In this document: in pieces, positions 26,448-35,081 of the stretch
Layout of the letters: each line of letters opens with the position of its first letter
How positions within the stretch are numbered: the first letter of the stretch is position 1
Origin: Candidatus Saccharimonadota bacterium
GTDB lineage: Bacteria > Patescibacteriota > Saccharimonadia > Saccharimonadales > Saccharimonadaceae
DNA length: 64,000 nucleotides
Reading direction: 5' to 3'
Assembly (NCBI GenBank): GCA_017432365.1
Contig: JAFRJG010000018.1
Span: 27,672-91,671 of the forward strand
Program-made: the position numbers and the translations under genes
Notes under the pieces: generated by a model
Told to the model about the DNA's origin: nothing
Seen by the model: only the letters and a program-made list of their open reading frames with translations
Databases searched by the model: none

Positions 26448-26774
26448 TTAACTCTTGGCGGTTTTATCGGTTTTATGTTTTTTGACAACTTCTTCCTTGG
26501 CGACGCCTTTCTCGACGAGTTTCTCGACGGCGGAGAGGGCGGTGTCTTTAGCGATAGTTCCGACGGAAGTGAAATCTTTAACGTTGTCGACGACTCCTTC
26601 GGTTTTCTTCGAGATACGCTGACCGGTGCGTAAGATGATACGGGCTTCGCCCATGAGGGTTTTCATATCGTCGGAGAGACCGAGGAGCTTAACGAGGAAA
26701 ATAATCCCGAGGACGAGGAAGACAAATAAGGTTAATGAGAGGATGGCGACGATAATCCATTCAGCGACGTCCAT
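26448..26774 (-). CDS. Small membrane-anchored protein (DUF948-like: N-terminal TM helix plus a helical region)
   Basis: 108 aa. TM segment is WIIVAILSLTLFVFLVLGIIFLV. The family assignment is weak. Confidence 0.5.
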   Translation of the reverse strand: MDVAEWIIVAILSLTLFVFLVLGIIFLVKLLGLSDDMKTLMGEARIILRTGQRISKKTEGVVDNVKDFTSVGTIAKDTALSAVEKLVEKGVAKEEVVKKHKTDKTAKS

Positions 26775-26787
26775 GGGGTTCTCCTAT

Positions 26788-27666
26788 TTAATTATTTTTA
26801 ACGAAGTCACGGAACTCATCCGCGAAGGGTTCAGAGTCGAGGATGTGCTTGGCGAGGGCGAGAGAGTAGTTTCGGGGGTCGCCAGTTGTCATCCAGAGAC
26901 CGGAAGTCTTTTTCGCGAAGACTTTTTGAGTCGGGACGAGGCGGGCAATCATTTCCGGGAGCCAAAGCTCGTTATCTTTTCCAGTGTTCTCGGGCTTGAG
27001 ATAAGTAAAGATTTCCGGAGTCAAGAGATAGCGACCGTATGAGGCGAGGTCGGAGGGGGCGGAGTCAGGTTCGGGTTTTTCGATAAGGTCGTTTAAGATT
27101 TCGGTTTCTGGGTCAAAATCAACGGAAGCATATTTTTTTATTTCGGCGTGAGGAACTTCCTGGCAACCGAGAATCGCAAGAGCGTCGGGATGTTTCTCAA
27201 AGGCGGCGAGAAGGTCTTTAACGGCGGAATCGCCGAAGACGACATCGTCAGACCAGAGGGCGATAAAGGCTTCGTCTGGGTCGATGTAATCTTTAACGCT
27301 GGCAATCGGGGAGCCGTTACCGTAAGGATAAGAAGGGTCTTGAATGACGAGCTTTATTTCGGGGAGGTCGTTGAGAACGTGAGAAACGGGCGCGAAGCGG
27401 TCGAGTTTCCCCTGGGAAGAGAGGAGGGTATAGGCGCTTTCAGCGGGGTCGGTGAAATAATGTTCGTAGAGAGGTTTCGAGCGGTCGGAAACGACGAGGA
27501 GAATCTCTTTAATTCCGGCGGCGGCACACTCCTCGATAACGAGTTCGATAATCGGACGACTTCCGAGGGGGAGCAGACCTTTAGGAATGGTTTTAGTTAA
27601 GGGGAGGAAGCGGCTCGCGAGACCCGCGTCGGTAATAACGGCTTTTTGGGGTTTTTTGTAGTTCAT
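26788..27666 (-). CDS. galU: UTP--glucose-1-phosphate uridylyltransferase
   Basis: KAVITDAGLASRFLPLTKTIPKGLLPLGSRPIIELVIEE matches the GalU N-terminal consensus. Confidence 0.85.
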   Translation of the reverse strand: MNYKKPQKAVITDAGLASRFLPLTKTIPKGLLPLGSRPIIELVIEECAAAGIKEILLVVSDRSKPLYEHYFTDPAESAYTLLSSQGKLDRFAPVSHVLNDLPEIKLVIQDPSYPYGNGSPIASVKDYIDPDEAFIALWSDDVVFGDSAVKDLLAAFEKHPDALAILGCQEVPHAEIKKYASVDFDPETEILNDLIEKPEPDSAPSDLASYGRYLLTPEIFTYLKPENTGKDNELWLPEMIARLVPTQKVFAKKTSGLWMTTGDPRNYSLALAKHILDSEPFADEFRDFVKNN

Positions 27667-27681
27667 AATGAACTTATTATA

Positions 27682-28332
27682 CTATTTCTTACGGGATTTC
27701 GTGGATTTCTTTCCGGAGTTTCGGGAGTTTTTCTTCGCGGTCGTTTTTCGAGAGGAAGCGGCGAGGCGGGCGGATTCTTTTCGGGCAGCTTTATCTTCAA
27801 GTTGTTGAGCGCGGTTATGAACGGCGTAAACTAAACCGGTCAAGCCGAAGATGAGGAGATAAATACCAAAGAAGCGAATGAAGTATTCTCCGGAGTTCAG
27901 AATCACGATTCCCATGACGGCGCCAGAAACGCCGGAGAGAATCCAGAGGAAGCGGTCGGTCGGGTCAACCGTGGCACGGAAGCCGGAGATAATTTCAAAG
28001 AGACCGCGGACGAAGGCGTAAAGAGAGATGAGGTAAAGATGCCAAGAGAGGTCTTGACCAAGGGTAAAGAGGAGAGCGAGAGCGATAACGGCGTCGGCAA
28101 TTGCGATACCAACGGAGACGGCCCAGCCGGTTTTCGAGCGGGCGCGATAGAGAGAGTTGATAAATTCAACAATCGAGAGGGAGAGGAGGAAAATACCGGA
28201 GACGGAAATCATGAAATCAAAGTCGCGCTGGACGCTGAAGATGGTTAAGATTGCACAAAGGGTCGCGATTGTCCCGCGGATGATAAAAATCAGCCAGTGA
28301 CTATCGATATATTTACGGTTGATATGAGCCAT
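27682..28332 (-). CDS. Multi-pass membrane protein, HdeD/DUF308-like, with a Lys-rich C-terminal tail
   Basis: 216 aa with about six hydrophobic helices in repeated pairs. Family call comes from pattern resemblance only. Confidence 0.45.
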   Translation of the reverse strand: MAHINRKYIDSHWLIFIIRGTIATLCAILTIFSVQRDFDFMISVSGIFLLSLSIVEFINSLYRARSKTGWAVSVGIAIADAVIALALLFTLGQDLSWHLYLISLYAFVRGLFEIISGFRATVDPTDRFLWILSGVSGAVMGIVILNSGEYFIRFFGIYLLIFGLTGLVYAVHNRAQQLEDKAARKESARLAASSRKTTAKKNSRNSGKKSTKSRKK

Positions 28333-28347
28333 GTTTATTTTTCTCCT

Positions 28348-29109
28348 TTATTGGTTAAACGTTACGGTTTCTAGGATTTTATTAAAATCGTCGCGATAAG
28401 CCTCGGCGTCGGTCTCGAGAGTAACGACTTTATCGCGGATTCGAAAAATCACGACGGAACCGACGAGTTTATTGGTAATTTGTCCGTCGTAGCGAGTCGC
28501 GTCAACGCCACCGACGGAAGTAGCGGAGCTTGAGACAGTTCCCTTTTTCAAGGCGGAAGCATAGCGCTTCGAGACGGTTTCAAGGGTCGAATCTTCGATT
28601 TTGATTCGGAGGGCGATAATTGTTTCGTCAGAAATCGGCGGGACTTCGCGAGGGTGAAGATAAGCTTGGAAAGTTTTTCCGTCGGAAGCGTCGTTCGAGA
28701 CATAAACGCTCCAGGTCTTCGGGTATTCAAGGGTCAGAGAGCCGTAGTCCTCGGGTCCAGAGAAGGAGCGATTCGGCGTTTTTTCACGCTCGGCGAATTC
28801 CGCTTCAAGTTCGTCCTCGCGGTCTTTCACGGCGTCAAGAACGGCGGATTTTATCTGGCTATCGAGGTTCGTCGAGGCGGCGCGATATTCGGTATAAAGA
28901 TAAAACGAGAGAAGAAGGGCGCCAATAAGAAGGAGGGAAAGGAGGATAATAATAACGATTTTCAAGAGGGAGGACTCGCCGTTGCTCATTTTCACGGGCT
29001 TTACGTTCGGGACAGCGTTTCCGGCAATTGGCGCGGAAGGAGCGGCAACACCCGGCGTCGGAGTCGCCGAAGGGGGGACGGGAGGAATCGAGCTTGCAGG
29101 GGTTTCCAT
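28348..29109 (-). CDS. Hypothetical membrane-anchored protein: Pro-rich N-terminus, one TM helix, about 170-aa extracytoplasmic beta-rich domain
   Basis: 253 aa. TM segment is LLKIVIIILLSLLLIGALLLSFYLY. No motif recognised. Confidence 0.55.
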   Translation of the reverse strand: METPASSIPPVPPSATPTPGVAAPSAPIAGNAVPNVKPVKMSNGESSLLKIVIIILLSLLLIGALLLSFYLYTEYRAASTNLDSQIKSAVLDAVKDREDELEAEFAEREKTPNRSFSGPEDYGSLTLEYPKTWSVYVSNDASDGKTFQAYLHPREVPPISDETIIALRIKIEDSTLETVSKRYASALKKGTVSSSATSVGGVDATRYDGQITNKLVGSVVIFRIRDKVVTLETDAEAYRDDFNKILETVTFNQ

Positions 29110-29134
29110 ATGAAATTATCTTATCATAAGTTTT

Positions 29135-29344
29135 TTAAGTCGTAAAGCTTTTTGAGAGAACCTCGATGTGGTTTTTCAGATTGGTGAGGTCAGTTTCGAT
29201 TTCCTTGGCGAGGGAGAGGGCGGCTTCGTAATTTTTCTGGGCGGAGTCAAGGGAGAAGTCGTCGGAGTAAAACCAGGCGATTTTTTCGTCGAGGGAGGAG
29301 AGTTTTTGATTGATGGAGGGGGATTTAGCGCTTGGGGCGGACAT
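29135..29344 (-). CDS. xseB: Exodeoxyribonuclease VII small subunit
   Basis: 69 aa, a helical hairpin protein with LDEKIAWFYSDDFSLD and AQKNYEAALSLAKEIETDL. Overlaps xseA by 20 nt. Confidence 0.8.
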   Translation of the reverse strand: MSAPSAKSPSINQKLSSLDEKIAWFYSDDFSLDSAQKNYEAALSLAKEIETDLTNLKNHIEVLSKSFTT

Positions 29345-30443
29345 TGATAACCTTTGCTTGGATTAAGTTAGTGAAAGTGGCAATTTCGAGGGTTTCGCCG
29401 GGGGAGATGTTGCCCGAGAGAATAGCGTAGCCCTTTTTAAGGACGGATTCGGGGTTCAGGGAGTTGAGGAGGGTGGTTTTTGACTTCAGGGAGTCAGAGG
29501 AAGCGGCGAGGGTTTCAAGGAGCTTTTGAGTCAGGCGGTCGAGGGCGGAGCGATTCGCGGAGAGAGCGGAGTCGAGGTAATGTTTGAGATAAGTTTCGAG
29601 AGAACCGAGAGTGGAGCGGATTTTGGTGAGTTCGGCGGTTTTATCCCGGGAGAGGAGTTCGGCGGCGTTTGAGGGGGTCGAGGCACGGAGATCGGCGGCC
29701 AGGTCGACGAGCGAGACGTCGATTTCGTGACCGATACCGGAGACGACGGGGATTTTCGAGGCGGCGACACGGCGGACGAGTCGCTCGTCGTCGAAGACCG
29801 CGAGGTCTTCGGTCGAGCCGCCGCCCCGAAGGATGACGAGGGCGTCAACGGGGAGGGATTCGTTAAAGAAGTCGAGCGCGCGGAGGATTTCATCGGCGGC
29901 GGAGAGACCCTGGACGCCGACGTTGGCAACTTTCAAGTCAAGTCCGCCCCAGCGGGCGCCGAGGATTTTGATAAAGTCGGCATAGCCGGCGGATTTAACC
30001 GAAGAGATAATACCGAGGGAGGAGAGGTCGCGAGGAATCGGGCGTTTTCGTTCGGGGGCAAACAGCCCTTCTTTTTCTAATTTCGCTTTTAAGAGTTCGC
30101 GAGCTTTTTTGATAGTTCCCTCTCCGACGAGTTGATAAGCGGTAATGGTAAAGGAGAAACGACCGAGCTTGGTTAATTTCGGCGTGCCGCGAGCGATGAT
30201 TTTCATGCCGTCTTCAAGCGGAGTTTTTAAGCCGTAAACAGTCATAAAACAAGGGAGAGTCGAGGCGGAGTCTTTCAAATCAAAGAACACCCATCGGTCT
30301 TTGGAAACTTTAAAACTGGAGACTTCCCCTTCGATTTCGATACCGGAGAAGGCGTAGCTCAAAGTTTCGTTACCAACGGCGAGAAAGTCAGAAACAGAGA
30401 AACGAGGAACTGTCCTCTCGGAAGCAGAAAAGCTAGGCGACAT
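29325..30443 (-). CDS. xseA: Exodeoxyribonuclease VII large subunit
   Basis: 372 aa. N-terminal OB fold (IEGEVSSFKVSKDRWVFFDLKD), then ILRGGGSTEDLAVFDDE and PVVSGIGHEIDVSL. Confidence 0.9.
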   Translation of the reverse strand: MSPSFSASERTVPRFSVSDFLAVGNETLSYAFSGIEIEGEVSSFKVSKDRWVFFDLKDSASTLPCFMTVYGLKTPLEDGMKIIARGTPKLTKLGRFSFTITAYQLVGEGTIKKARELLKAKLEKEGLFAPERKRPIPRDLSSLGIISSVKSAGYADFIKILGARWGGLDLKVANVGVQGLSAADEILRALDFFNESLPVDALVILRGGGSTEDLAVFDDERLVRRVAASKIPVVSGIGHEIDVSLVDLAADLRASTPSNAAELLSRDKTAELTKIRSTLGSLETYLKHYLDSALSANRSALDRLTQKLLETLAASSDSLKSKTTLLNSLNPESVLKKGYAILSGNISPGETLEIATFTNLIQAKVINVRPKR

Positions 30444-31518
30444 GAGAACTTTCAGAGCTACGCTTCAGGCGCATGGAAGCTTGGTAGAAGAGATGACCGA
30501 AGAGGAAGGTTTCGCCAAGGGAGACGACACGAGTAATAACGACGATAAGCCCGGCGAGACCGAGGTCAACGCCGAGAGACGCCATGGCACCAGCCATACC
30601 GAGTTCGTAAAGCCCATAAGGGAGAATCGCGCCGGCGATAGAGCCGACAGCTTCGCCAATCATGATTTCGGGGAGGAACTCGGGGTGTCCGAGGCTAATC
30701 GAGACGACCCAATAAGTCGCGATTTCGAAGAAACTGTAAATTGCGCCCCAGAAGATGGGCATTTTGAGAATGTTTTTGTTTTGTTTCGCGGTTGCGTAGG
30801 TCGTGTGCATTTCGAGAATGAACGATTTTATCGTTTCGTAATCGGCAAGTTTACGTTTTTTACCGAAGGTAACTCTACGGACGAGCCAGTTTAAGAAACG
30901 AATGATTTTTTCAGCAAACCAGAGGGCGCGGCGGGAATTGGAGATTAAGATGATAAAAAGCCAGAGGAAGAGGGCGGTTCCGGCGGCGAGAATGGCGGCG
31001 AGAATGAGCGTGCCGACGCCAGCGCCGGTTTGAGGGCGGAAGAGTAAAATGAAGAAAATTGCGAAGACGGTCTGGAGCTGGTTAAAGGTGATAATGGCGA
31101 AATAACGGAGGAGGTAAATGAAGCTGGTCTGGGGGGCGGTAAAACCGTAGGGTTTCAGGCGCCAAGAGAGATAGGCGGCGGAGGAGACGCCTGCCGAGGG
31201 GAGGGCGGCGCGGACAAAGTTCGATTCGAGAGAAATCCGGACAACTTCGGGGCGACTCGCGGACTTAAAGGTTTTTAACTTAGCTTTAGAATAAGCGGCG
31301 TTGAGGAAAGAGAAGAAGATTTCGCCACCGGCGTAGAGCATGACAAGCTGTTCGGGGATTAAGAGGAGGAAAATGGCGAGGTTTGTGTCGCGGAGGTGGT
31401 CGATGGTGGTTTCGATATCGCCGAGGTTTTGATAGATGACGACGGCGACGATAACAAAAGCGAGGAGAGAGAGGAGGTTCGTCCAGAGGGCAGAGTGTTT
31501 ATGTTTTTTTGAGGACAT
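30433..31518 (-). CDS. Integral membrane protein, flippase-like (UPF0104 / lysylphosphatidylglycerol-synthase TM-region family)
   Basis: About 8 TM helices. Start placed at the ATG at 31518 (MSSKKHK), because the 31536 ATG lies upstream of the predicted -10 box. Confidence 0.5.
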   Translation of the reverse strand: MSSKKHKHSALWTNLLSLLAFVIVAVVIYQNLGDIETTIDHLRDTNLAIFLLLIPEQLVMLYAGGEIFFSFLNAAYSKAKLKTFKSASRPEVVRISLESNFVRAALPSAGVSSAAYLSWRLKPYGFTAPQTSFIYLLRYFAIITFNQLQTVFAIFFILLFRPQTGAGVGTLILAAILAAGTALFLWLFIILISNSRRALWFAEKIIRFLNWLVRRVTFGKKRKLADYETIKSFILEMHTTYATAKQNKNILKMPIFWGAIYSFFEIATYWVVSISLGHPEFLPEIMIGEAVGSIAGAILPYGLYELGMAGAMASLGVDLGLAGLIVVITRVVSLGETFLFGHLFYQASMRLKRSSESSHVA

Positions 31519-31524
31519 AAAAAA

Positions 31525-31544
31525 ATTATAGCACATGATATAAT
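31525..31544. promoter_or_regulatory. Back-to-back divergent -10 boxes: minus-strand TATAAT (31525-31530) and plus-strand TGATATAAT (31536-31544)
   Basis: The minus box is 6 nt from the ATG at 31518. The plus box is 1 nt from the ATG at 31546 and 7 nt from the in-frame ATG at 31552. Confidence 0.55.
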
Positions 31545-31545
31545 A

Positions 31546-32760
31546 ATGGAGATGAAATATGCAGCTTTACTCGGGAGGCTTCCGAGTTTATCGATGACGG
31601 AATTAGAAAAGTTTTATCCGGACGTACGTCAGGTTTATGCGTATGCGCCGATGCATGCGAGTGAGGCGGAGGCGGCGGAGAATCGATTAGCGATTTTTAC
31701 AGCGGAAAAACGCCCCGAGATACGGAGATTCGGAGGGGTTCTGAAGTTTGGAGAAGAGATAACAGGGGGAGAGAAAGGAATAATTAGCTATCTTAATTCC
31801 CTGCCGGAGGGAAAAATTGTGCTAGGCGTGTCGGATTTTCGGAATCGGGGCGGAAGACGGCGAGCACAAGAAGAAGCGCTGAAGTTGAAGCGGATTCTAC
31901 AGAGGTCAGGTAGGTCTGTTCGGGTTTTGGAAAATAAAGAAGCAGTTTTGTCAACGGCGACAAGTCATCATAATCAACTTGCAGAAAAGAAGAATCATGT
32001 TGAAATTATGTTGACAGATGTGGGAAATTTCAAGTTGATTGGCGTTCAGAATATTACGGAGTATGCAAAACGAGACCAGGCGCGTCCGGCGAGAGACGCG
32101 AAGGTCGGGATGTTACCGCCGAAGTTAGCGCAAATGTTGATAAATCGTCTCGGGGAGCTGCCGGAAGGGAGCGTGATTTTAGACCCGTTTTGTGGAACGG
32201 GGGTTGTGTTGCAGGAGGCGTTGTTAATGAGATATCGGGCGCTCGGGACGGATAAAGAGCCGAGAATGGTCGAATATAGCCGGAGAAATCTCGAGTGGCT
32301 CAGCTCGGGAAAGTCGGGCGTTAAGATTCCGGAGGGGGCGAGTATGGAGTTTGAGACTGAACCGGGAGATGCGACGGAGATGGATTGGCGAAAGTCGGCG
32401 AGTCTGAAGAAGCTCGGCGGGAAGATTGACGGGGTTGTAGCGGAGGTCTTTCTCGGGAGTCCGATGTCGAAAGTGCCGACGGAGATGAAGCTGAAGGAGG
32501 AGAAGGAGAGGTGTCGAGGGATTTTAATAGGGTTTTTGAAGAATCTAGCTGGACAAATTGAGCGAGGGACGGGGGTTGTGCTGGCGGTACCGGCTTGGAG
32601 GAGGGAAAACGGGGAGTATGAGACGCTCGGGATTCTTGACGAGGTTCAGGAGATGGGGTATAATTTAGAGAAGTTTAGAAAATCGAGGCGAGAAGACCTT
32701 CTCTATTATCGAGAAGGACAAATTGTCGCTCGACAAATAATCGTACTAAGGAAGAAATAA
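31546..32760 (+). CDS. Putative SAM-dependent RNA methyltransferase (UPF0020 / Trm11-Trm14-like N2-guanine methylase family). The true start may be the ATG at 31552.
   Basis: Contains the SAM motif I VILDPFCGTGVVLQEA. The N-terminal half is uncharacterised. Confidence 0.55.
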   Translation: MEMKYAALLGRLPSLSMTELEKFYPDVRQVYAYAPMHASEAEAAENRLAIFTAEKRPEIRRFGGVLKFGEEITGGEKGIISYLNSLPEGKIVLGVSDFRNRGGRRRAQEEALKLKRILQRSGRSVRVLENKEAVLSTATSHHNQLAEKKNHVEIMLTDVGNFKLIGVQNITEYAKRDQARPARDAKVGMLPPKLAQMLINRLGELPEGSVILDPFCGTGVVLQEALLMRYRALGTDKEPRMVEYSRRNLEWLSSGKSGVKIPEGASMEFETEPGDATEMDWRKSASLKKLGGKIDGVVAEVFLGSPMSKVPTEMKLKEEKERCRGILIGFLKNLAGQIERGTGVVLAVPAWRRENGEYETLGILDEVQEMGYNLEKFRKSRREDLLYYREGQIVARQIIVLRKK

Positions 32761-32761
32761 G

Positions 32762-33034
32762 ATGTCACATGTTAAAGCGGGCGGTACCGCGAAGAACGTA
32801 CACAACAACGCTGGTCAACGGCTCGGAGTTAAGCGCTTCGGGGGACAGAAAGTGCGCGCCGGAGAAGTTTTGGTGCGGCAAACCGGAAGCACGAAGATTG
32901 CCGGAGAGGGGACGTATATGTCGCGGAACTTTACGATTCATGCGAAGAAAGATGGGGCTGTGACGTTTGTGAAGACGAAGAAGAGTCATTTTTCCGGAAA
33001 AAGCGTGCCGCGAGTCAGGGTTGAAGTTAGATAA
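32762..33034 (+). CDS. rpmA: 50S ribosomal protein L27
   Basis: Begins MSHVKAGGTAKNVHNNAGQRLGVKRFGGQKV. Confidence 0.93.
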   Translation: MSHVKAGGTAKNVHNNAGQRLGVKRFGGQKVRAGEVLVRQTGSTKIAGEGTYMSRNFTIHAKKDGAVTFVKTKKSHFSGKSVPRVRVEVR

Positions 33035-33052
33035 CGTAAGATAACGCCTTGC

Positions 33053-33171
33053 GCGAAGCTCCGTCCGTGTCGCCGCCGTCCTCGCGCCCGTCGTTACGGG
33101 GCTCGGCGGCTATTGCTCGGTCGTAACCTCCGCGATGCGCCACGACCGGAGACTTCGCTCCGGCGTTTTTT
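33053..33171 (+). promoter_or_regulatory. GC-rich structured element whose outer helix competes with the terminator (riboswitch- or attenuator-like; unclassified)
   Basis: GCGAAGCTCCG (33053-33063) pairs with CGGAG(A)CTTCGC (33147-33158), giving 11 bp with one bulge. Inner helix GCCGCCG (33072-33078) pairs with CGGCGGC (33104-33110). A hairpin lies at 33087-33100. Confidence 0.35.
33146..33171 (+). terminator. Intrinsic terminator after rpmA: CCGGAG-ACTTCG-CTCCGG, then CG and TTTTTT
   Basis: Stem at 33146-33163 and T-run at 33166-33171. Confidence 0.7.
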
Positions 33172-33174
33172 GTG

Positions 33175-33183
33175 TGGTATAAT
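33175..33183 (+). promoter_or_regulatory. Extended -10 TGGTATAAT, 6 nt before the ATG at 33190 (leaderless candidate)
   Basis: Sequence reads tgTGGTATAATtaaagcATG, with no SD. Confidence 0.65.
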
Positions 33184-33189
33184 TAAAGC

Positions 33190-35004
33190 ATGAGCAGGAT
33201 TTTGATTATCGGAAATGTGTTGAAAGATAGTTATTTGAGGTTGGACGAGCGGAAAGAGGCGGTTGAGCGAGATGAGGCGGGGGTGAATTGGGTGAACTGG
33301 GGGTTTAACGGGAGTTCGCATGAGTTTTTTCGTCGAACGAGCGTTTATTCAGGGGCGGTGGTGACGTTGGAGGTGCTCCAGAAATTTGGAGTTGAGGCGG
33401 AGATTTTTGGAGAAGTGGCGAAGGCGAACGGCGAGGCGGTAAAAGTTGATGAGATGAAAGTTCGGGATTATCGGTATATTCTGTGCGCCGGAGAGGGGAT
33501 TTCTTATCTTGCGCCGAGCGAGAAACAGATGACGGAGTTTTCTGGGGAGATTCCGGCGGGGATAGATATGGTGTTTGTGGACCGGTCGGCGAACTTGACG
33601 CGGGGGGCGGTGGAAAATCTGTTGACGGCGTTGGAGAAAAATCGGCGGGCGAAACTCGCAGTTTATGCGCCGAAGCGAGGTGGGAAGGTGATGAAAGAGT
33701 TGATTCAGCGAGCGACTTTGGTGTTTTCCGATGTGGAGATAAATGACGCGGAGACGCGAGAGAAAGTGTGTCAGATTTTTGAGGAAGGAGTCAAGTTTAA
33801 GGGGAAGGAAGTCCGATTTAAGGGGATGAAGCGGACGGAACTGTTGACGCATCTGACGACTTATTCGATTGTGGCGGCGAGTGTACTCGGAGCGAGTTTA
33901 CGGGGGAAAAGTGTTAGTGATTCCCTGTTGATGGCAAAGTTGAATATCGAGAATACGAAATTAGACCAGACGGTGCCGTTTACGGAGCTTGAGGAGATGC
34001 TTCGGGAAGAGAAGAACGGCGGAGTGAATCTGAAACAGATGGCGGCGCAGTTGTTGGCGCGTGGAAAAGGGATTTTGGCGGCGGACGAGAGTGGAGGGTC
34101 GATTCATAAGAAGTTCGAGGGGATGGGGATTCCAGACGATTTTCAGCATCGGCGAGATTATCGTAATCTGTTCTTTACGACCGAAGGATTGGAAAAATAT
34201 GTGAACGGGGTGATTCTATTCGATGAAACGGCGAGACAGAAAGCGGATGATGGGCGGACGTTTACGGAGTTTTTGACCGCGAAGGGGGTAATTCCGGGGA
34301 TTAAAGTTGATATGGGGCTGGCGAATTTTACCGGTTCGACGGAAAAATATACGCTAGGACTGGCGGGGTTACCGGAGCGGCTGGAAGAATACTATCAAAT
34401 GGGGCTGAGGTTTGCGAAGTGGCGAGCGGCGTTTGAGGTAACAGAGATAACGCCGACGAAGCAGGCGGTGTTGAAAAATGTGGAGATTCTGGCGGAATAC
34501 GCAAAAGATTGTCAAACGGCGGGGATTGTACCGATTGTGGAGCCGGAATTGGTCTTTGATGGGGATTATTCGATTGAAAAAGGGGCGGGACTGACCGGGA
34601 TTATTTTGGGCTATCTCTTTACAGCGCTCAAAGAGCGAGAGGTACAGCTTAACGCGACGATTCTGAAGGTGAACATGGTTCTGGCGGGAAAACAGTATAA
34701 ACAGCAATCGACGGCGCAAGAAGTTGGGGATTGGACGGCGAAAGTTTTGAAACGGTTTGTACCGAAAGAGCTGGCGGGTGTGGTCTTTCTGTCCGGGGGG
34801 CAGACGCCGGAGCAGGCGACGGAGAATCTTCAGGCGGTAATCAATAACGGACCATTTTCCTGGCCAGTCACGTTTTCCTTTGCACGGGCGCTTCAGGGAC
34901 CGGCGCTCGAAGCGTGGAAGGGGAACAACGCGAACTATCCAGAAGCGCAGAAGAGGTTTTTAGAACGGCTCGAAGCGAACTGTGTGGCGTTGAAAAAACA
35001 TTAA
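33190..35004 (+). CDS. Fusion protein: N-terminal degenerate PfkB/ribokinase-like domain (about aa 1-275) plus C-terminal class I (eukaryote-type) fructose-bisphosphate aldolase
   Basis: The C-terminal half has GILAADESGGSI, GVILFDET, GIKVD, IVPIVEPE, ILKVNMV (Schiff-base Lys context), FLSGGQ and FSFARALQ. The N-terminal half follows the PfkB strand order but lacks the DTxGAGD motif. Confidence 0.85.
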   Translation: MSRILIIGNVLKDSYLRLDERKEAVERDEAGVNWVNWGFNGSSHEFFRRTSVYSGAVVTLEVLQKFGVEAEIFGEVAKANGEAVKVDEMKVRDYRYILCAGEGISYLAPSEKQMTEFSGEIPAGIDMVFVDRSANLTRGAVENLLTALEKNRRAKLAVYAPKRGGKVMKELIQRATLVFSDVEINDAETREKVCQIFEEGVKFKGKEVRFKGMKRTELLTHLTTYSIVAASVLGASLRGKSVSDSLLMAKLNIENTKLDQTVPFTELEEMLREEKNGGVNLKQMAAQLLARGKGILAADESGGSIHKKFEGMGIPDDFQHRRDYRNLFFTTEGLEKYVNGVILFDETARQKADDGRTFTEFLTAKGVIPGIKVDMGLANFTGSTEKYTLGLAGLPERLEEYYQMGLRFAKWRAAFEVTEITPTKQAVLKNVEILAEYAKDCQTAGIVPIVEPELVFDGDYSIEKGAGLTGIILGYLFTALKEREVQLNATILKVNMVLAGKQYKQQSTAQEVGDWTAKVLKRFVPKELAGVVFLSGGQTPEQATENLQAVINNGPFSWPVTFSFARALQGPALEAWKGNNANYPEAQKRFLERLEANCVALKKH

Positions 35005-35009
35005 GATTG

Positions 35010-35018
35010 TGGTATAAT
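35010..35018 (+). promoter_or_regulatory. Extended -10 TGGTATAAT upstream of ORF 35082-35744
   Basis: Leader of roughly 55 nt with AAAGGGGG before the ATG. Confidence 0.6.
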
Positions 35019-35081
35019 AAAGGGATAAAGCGTTCTTTAACGAAACTGTTGTTTTGTTTCCTCTAGAAAGGGGGTATAGAT

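Noticed and set aside
33094-33321. A 75-aa minus-strand ORF spanning the GC-rich element and the start of the aldolase fusion gene.
   Set aside because: It crosses a terminator and a promoter, lies antisense to a supported gene start, and is Pro/Arg-rich with no SD.
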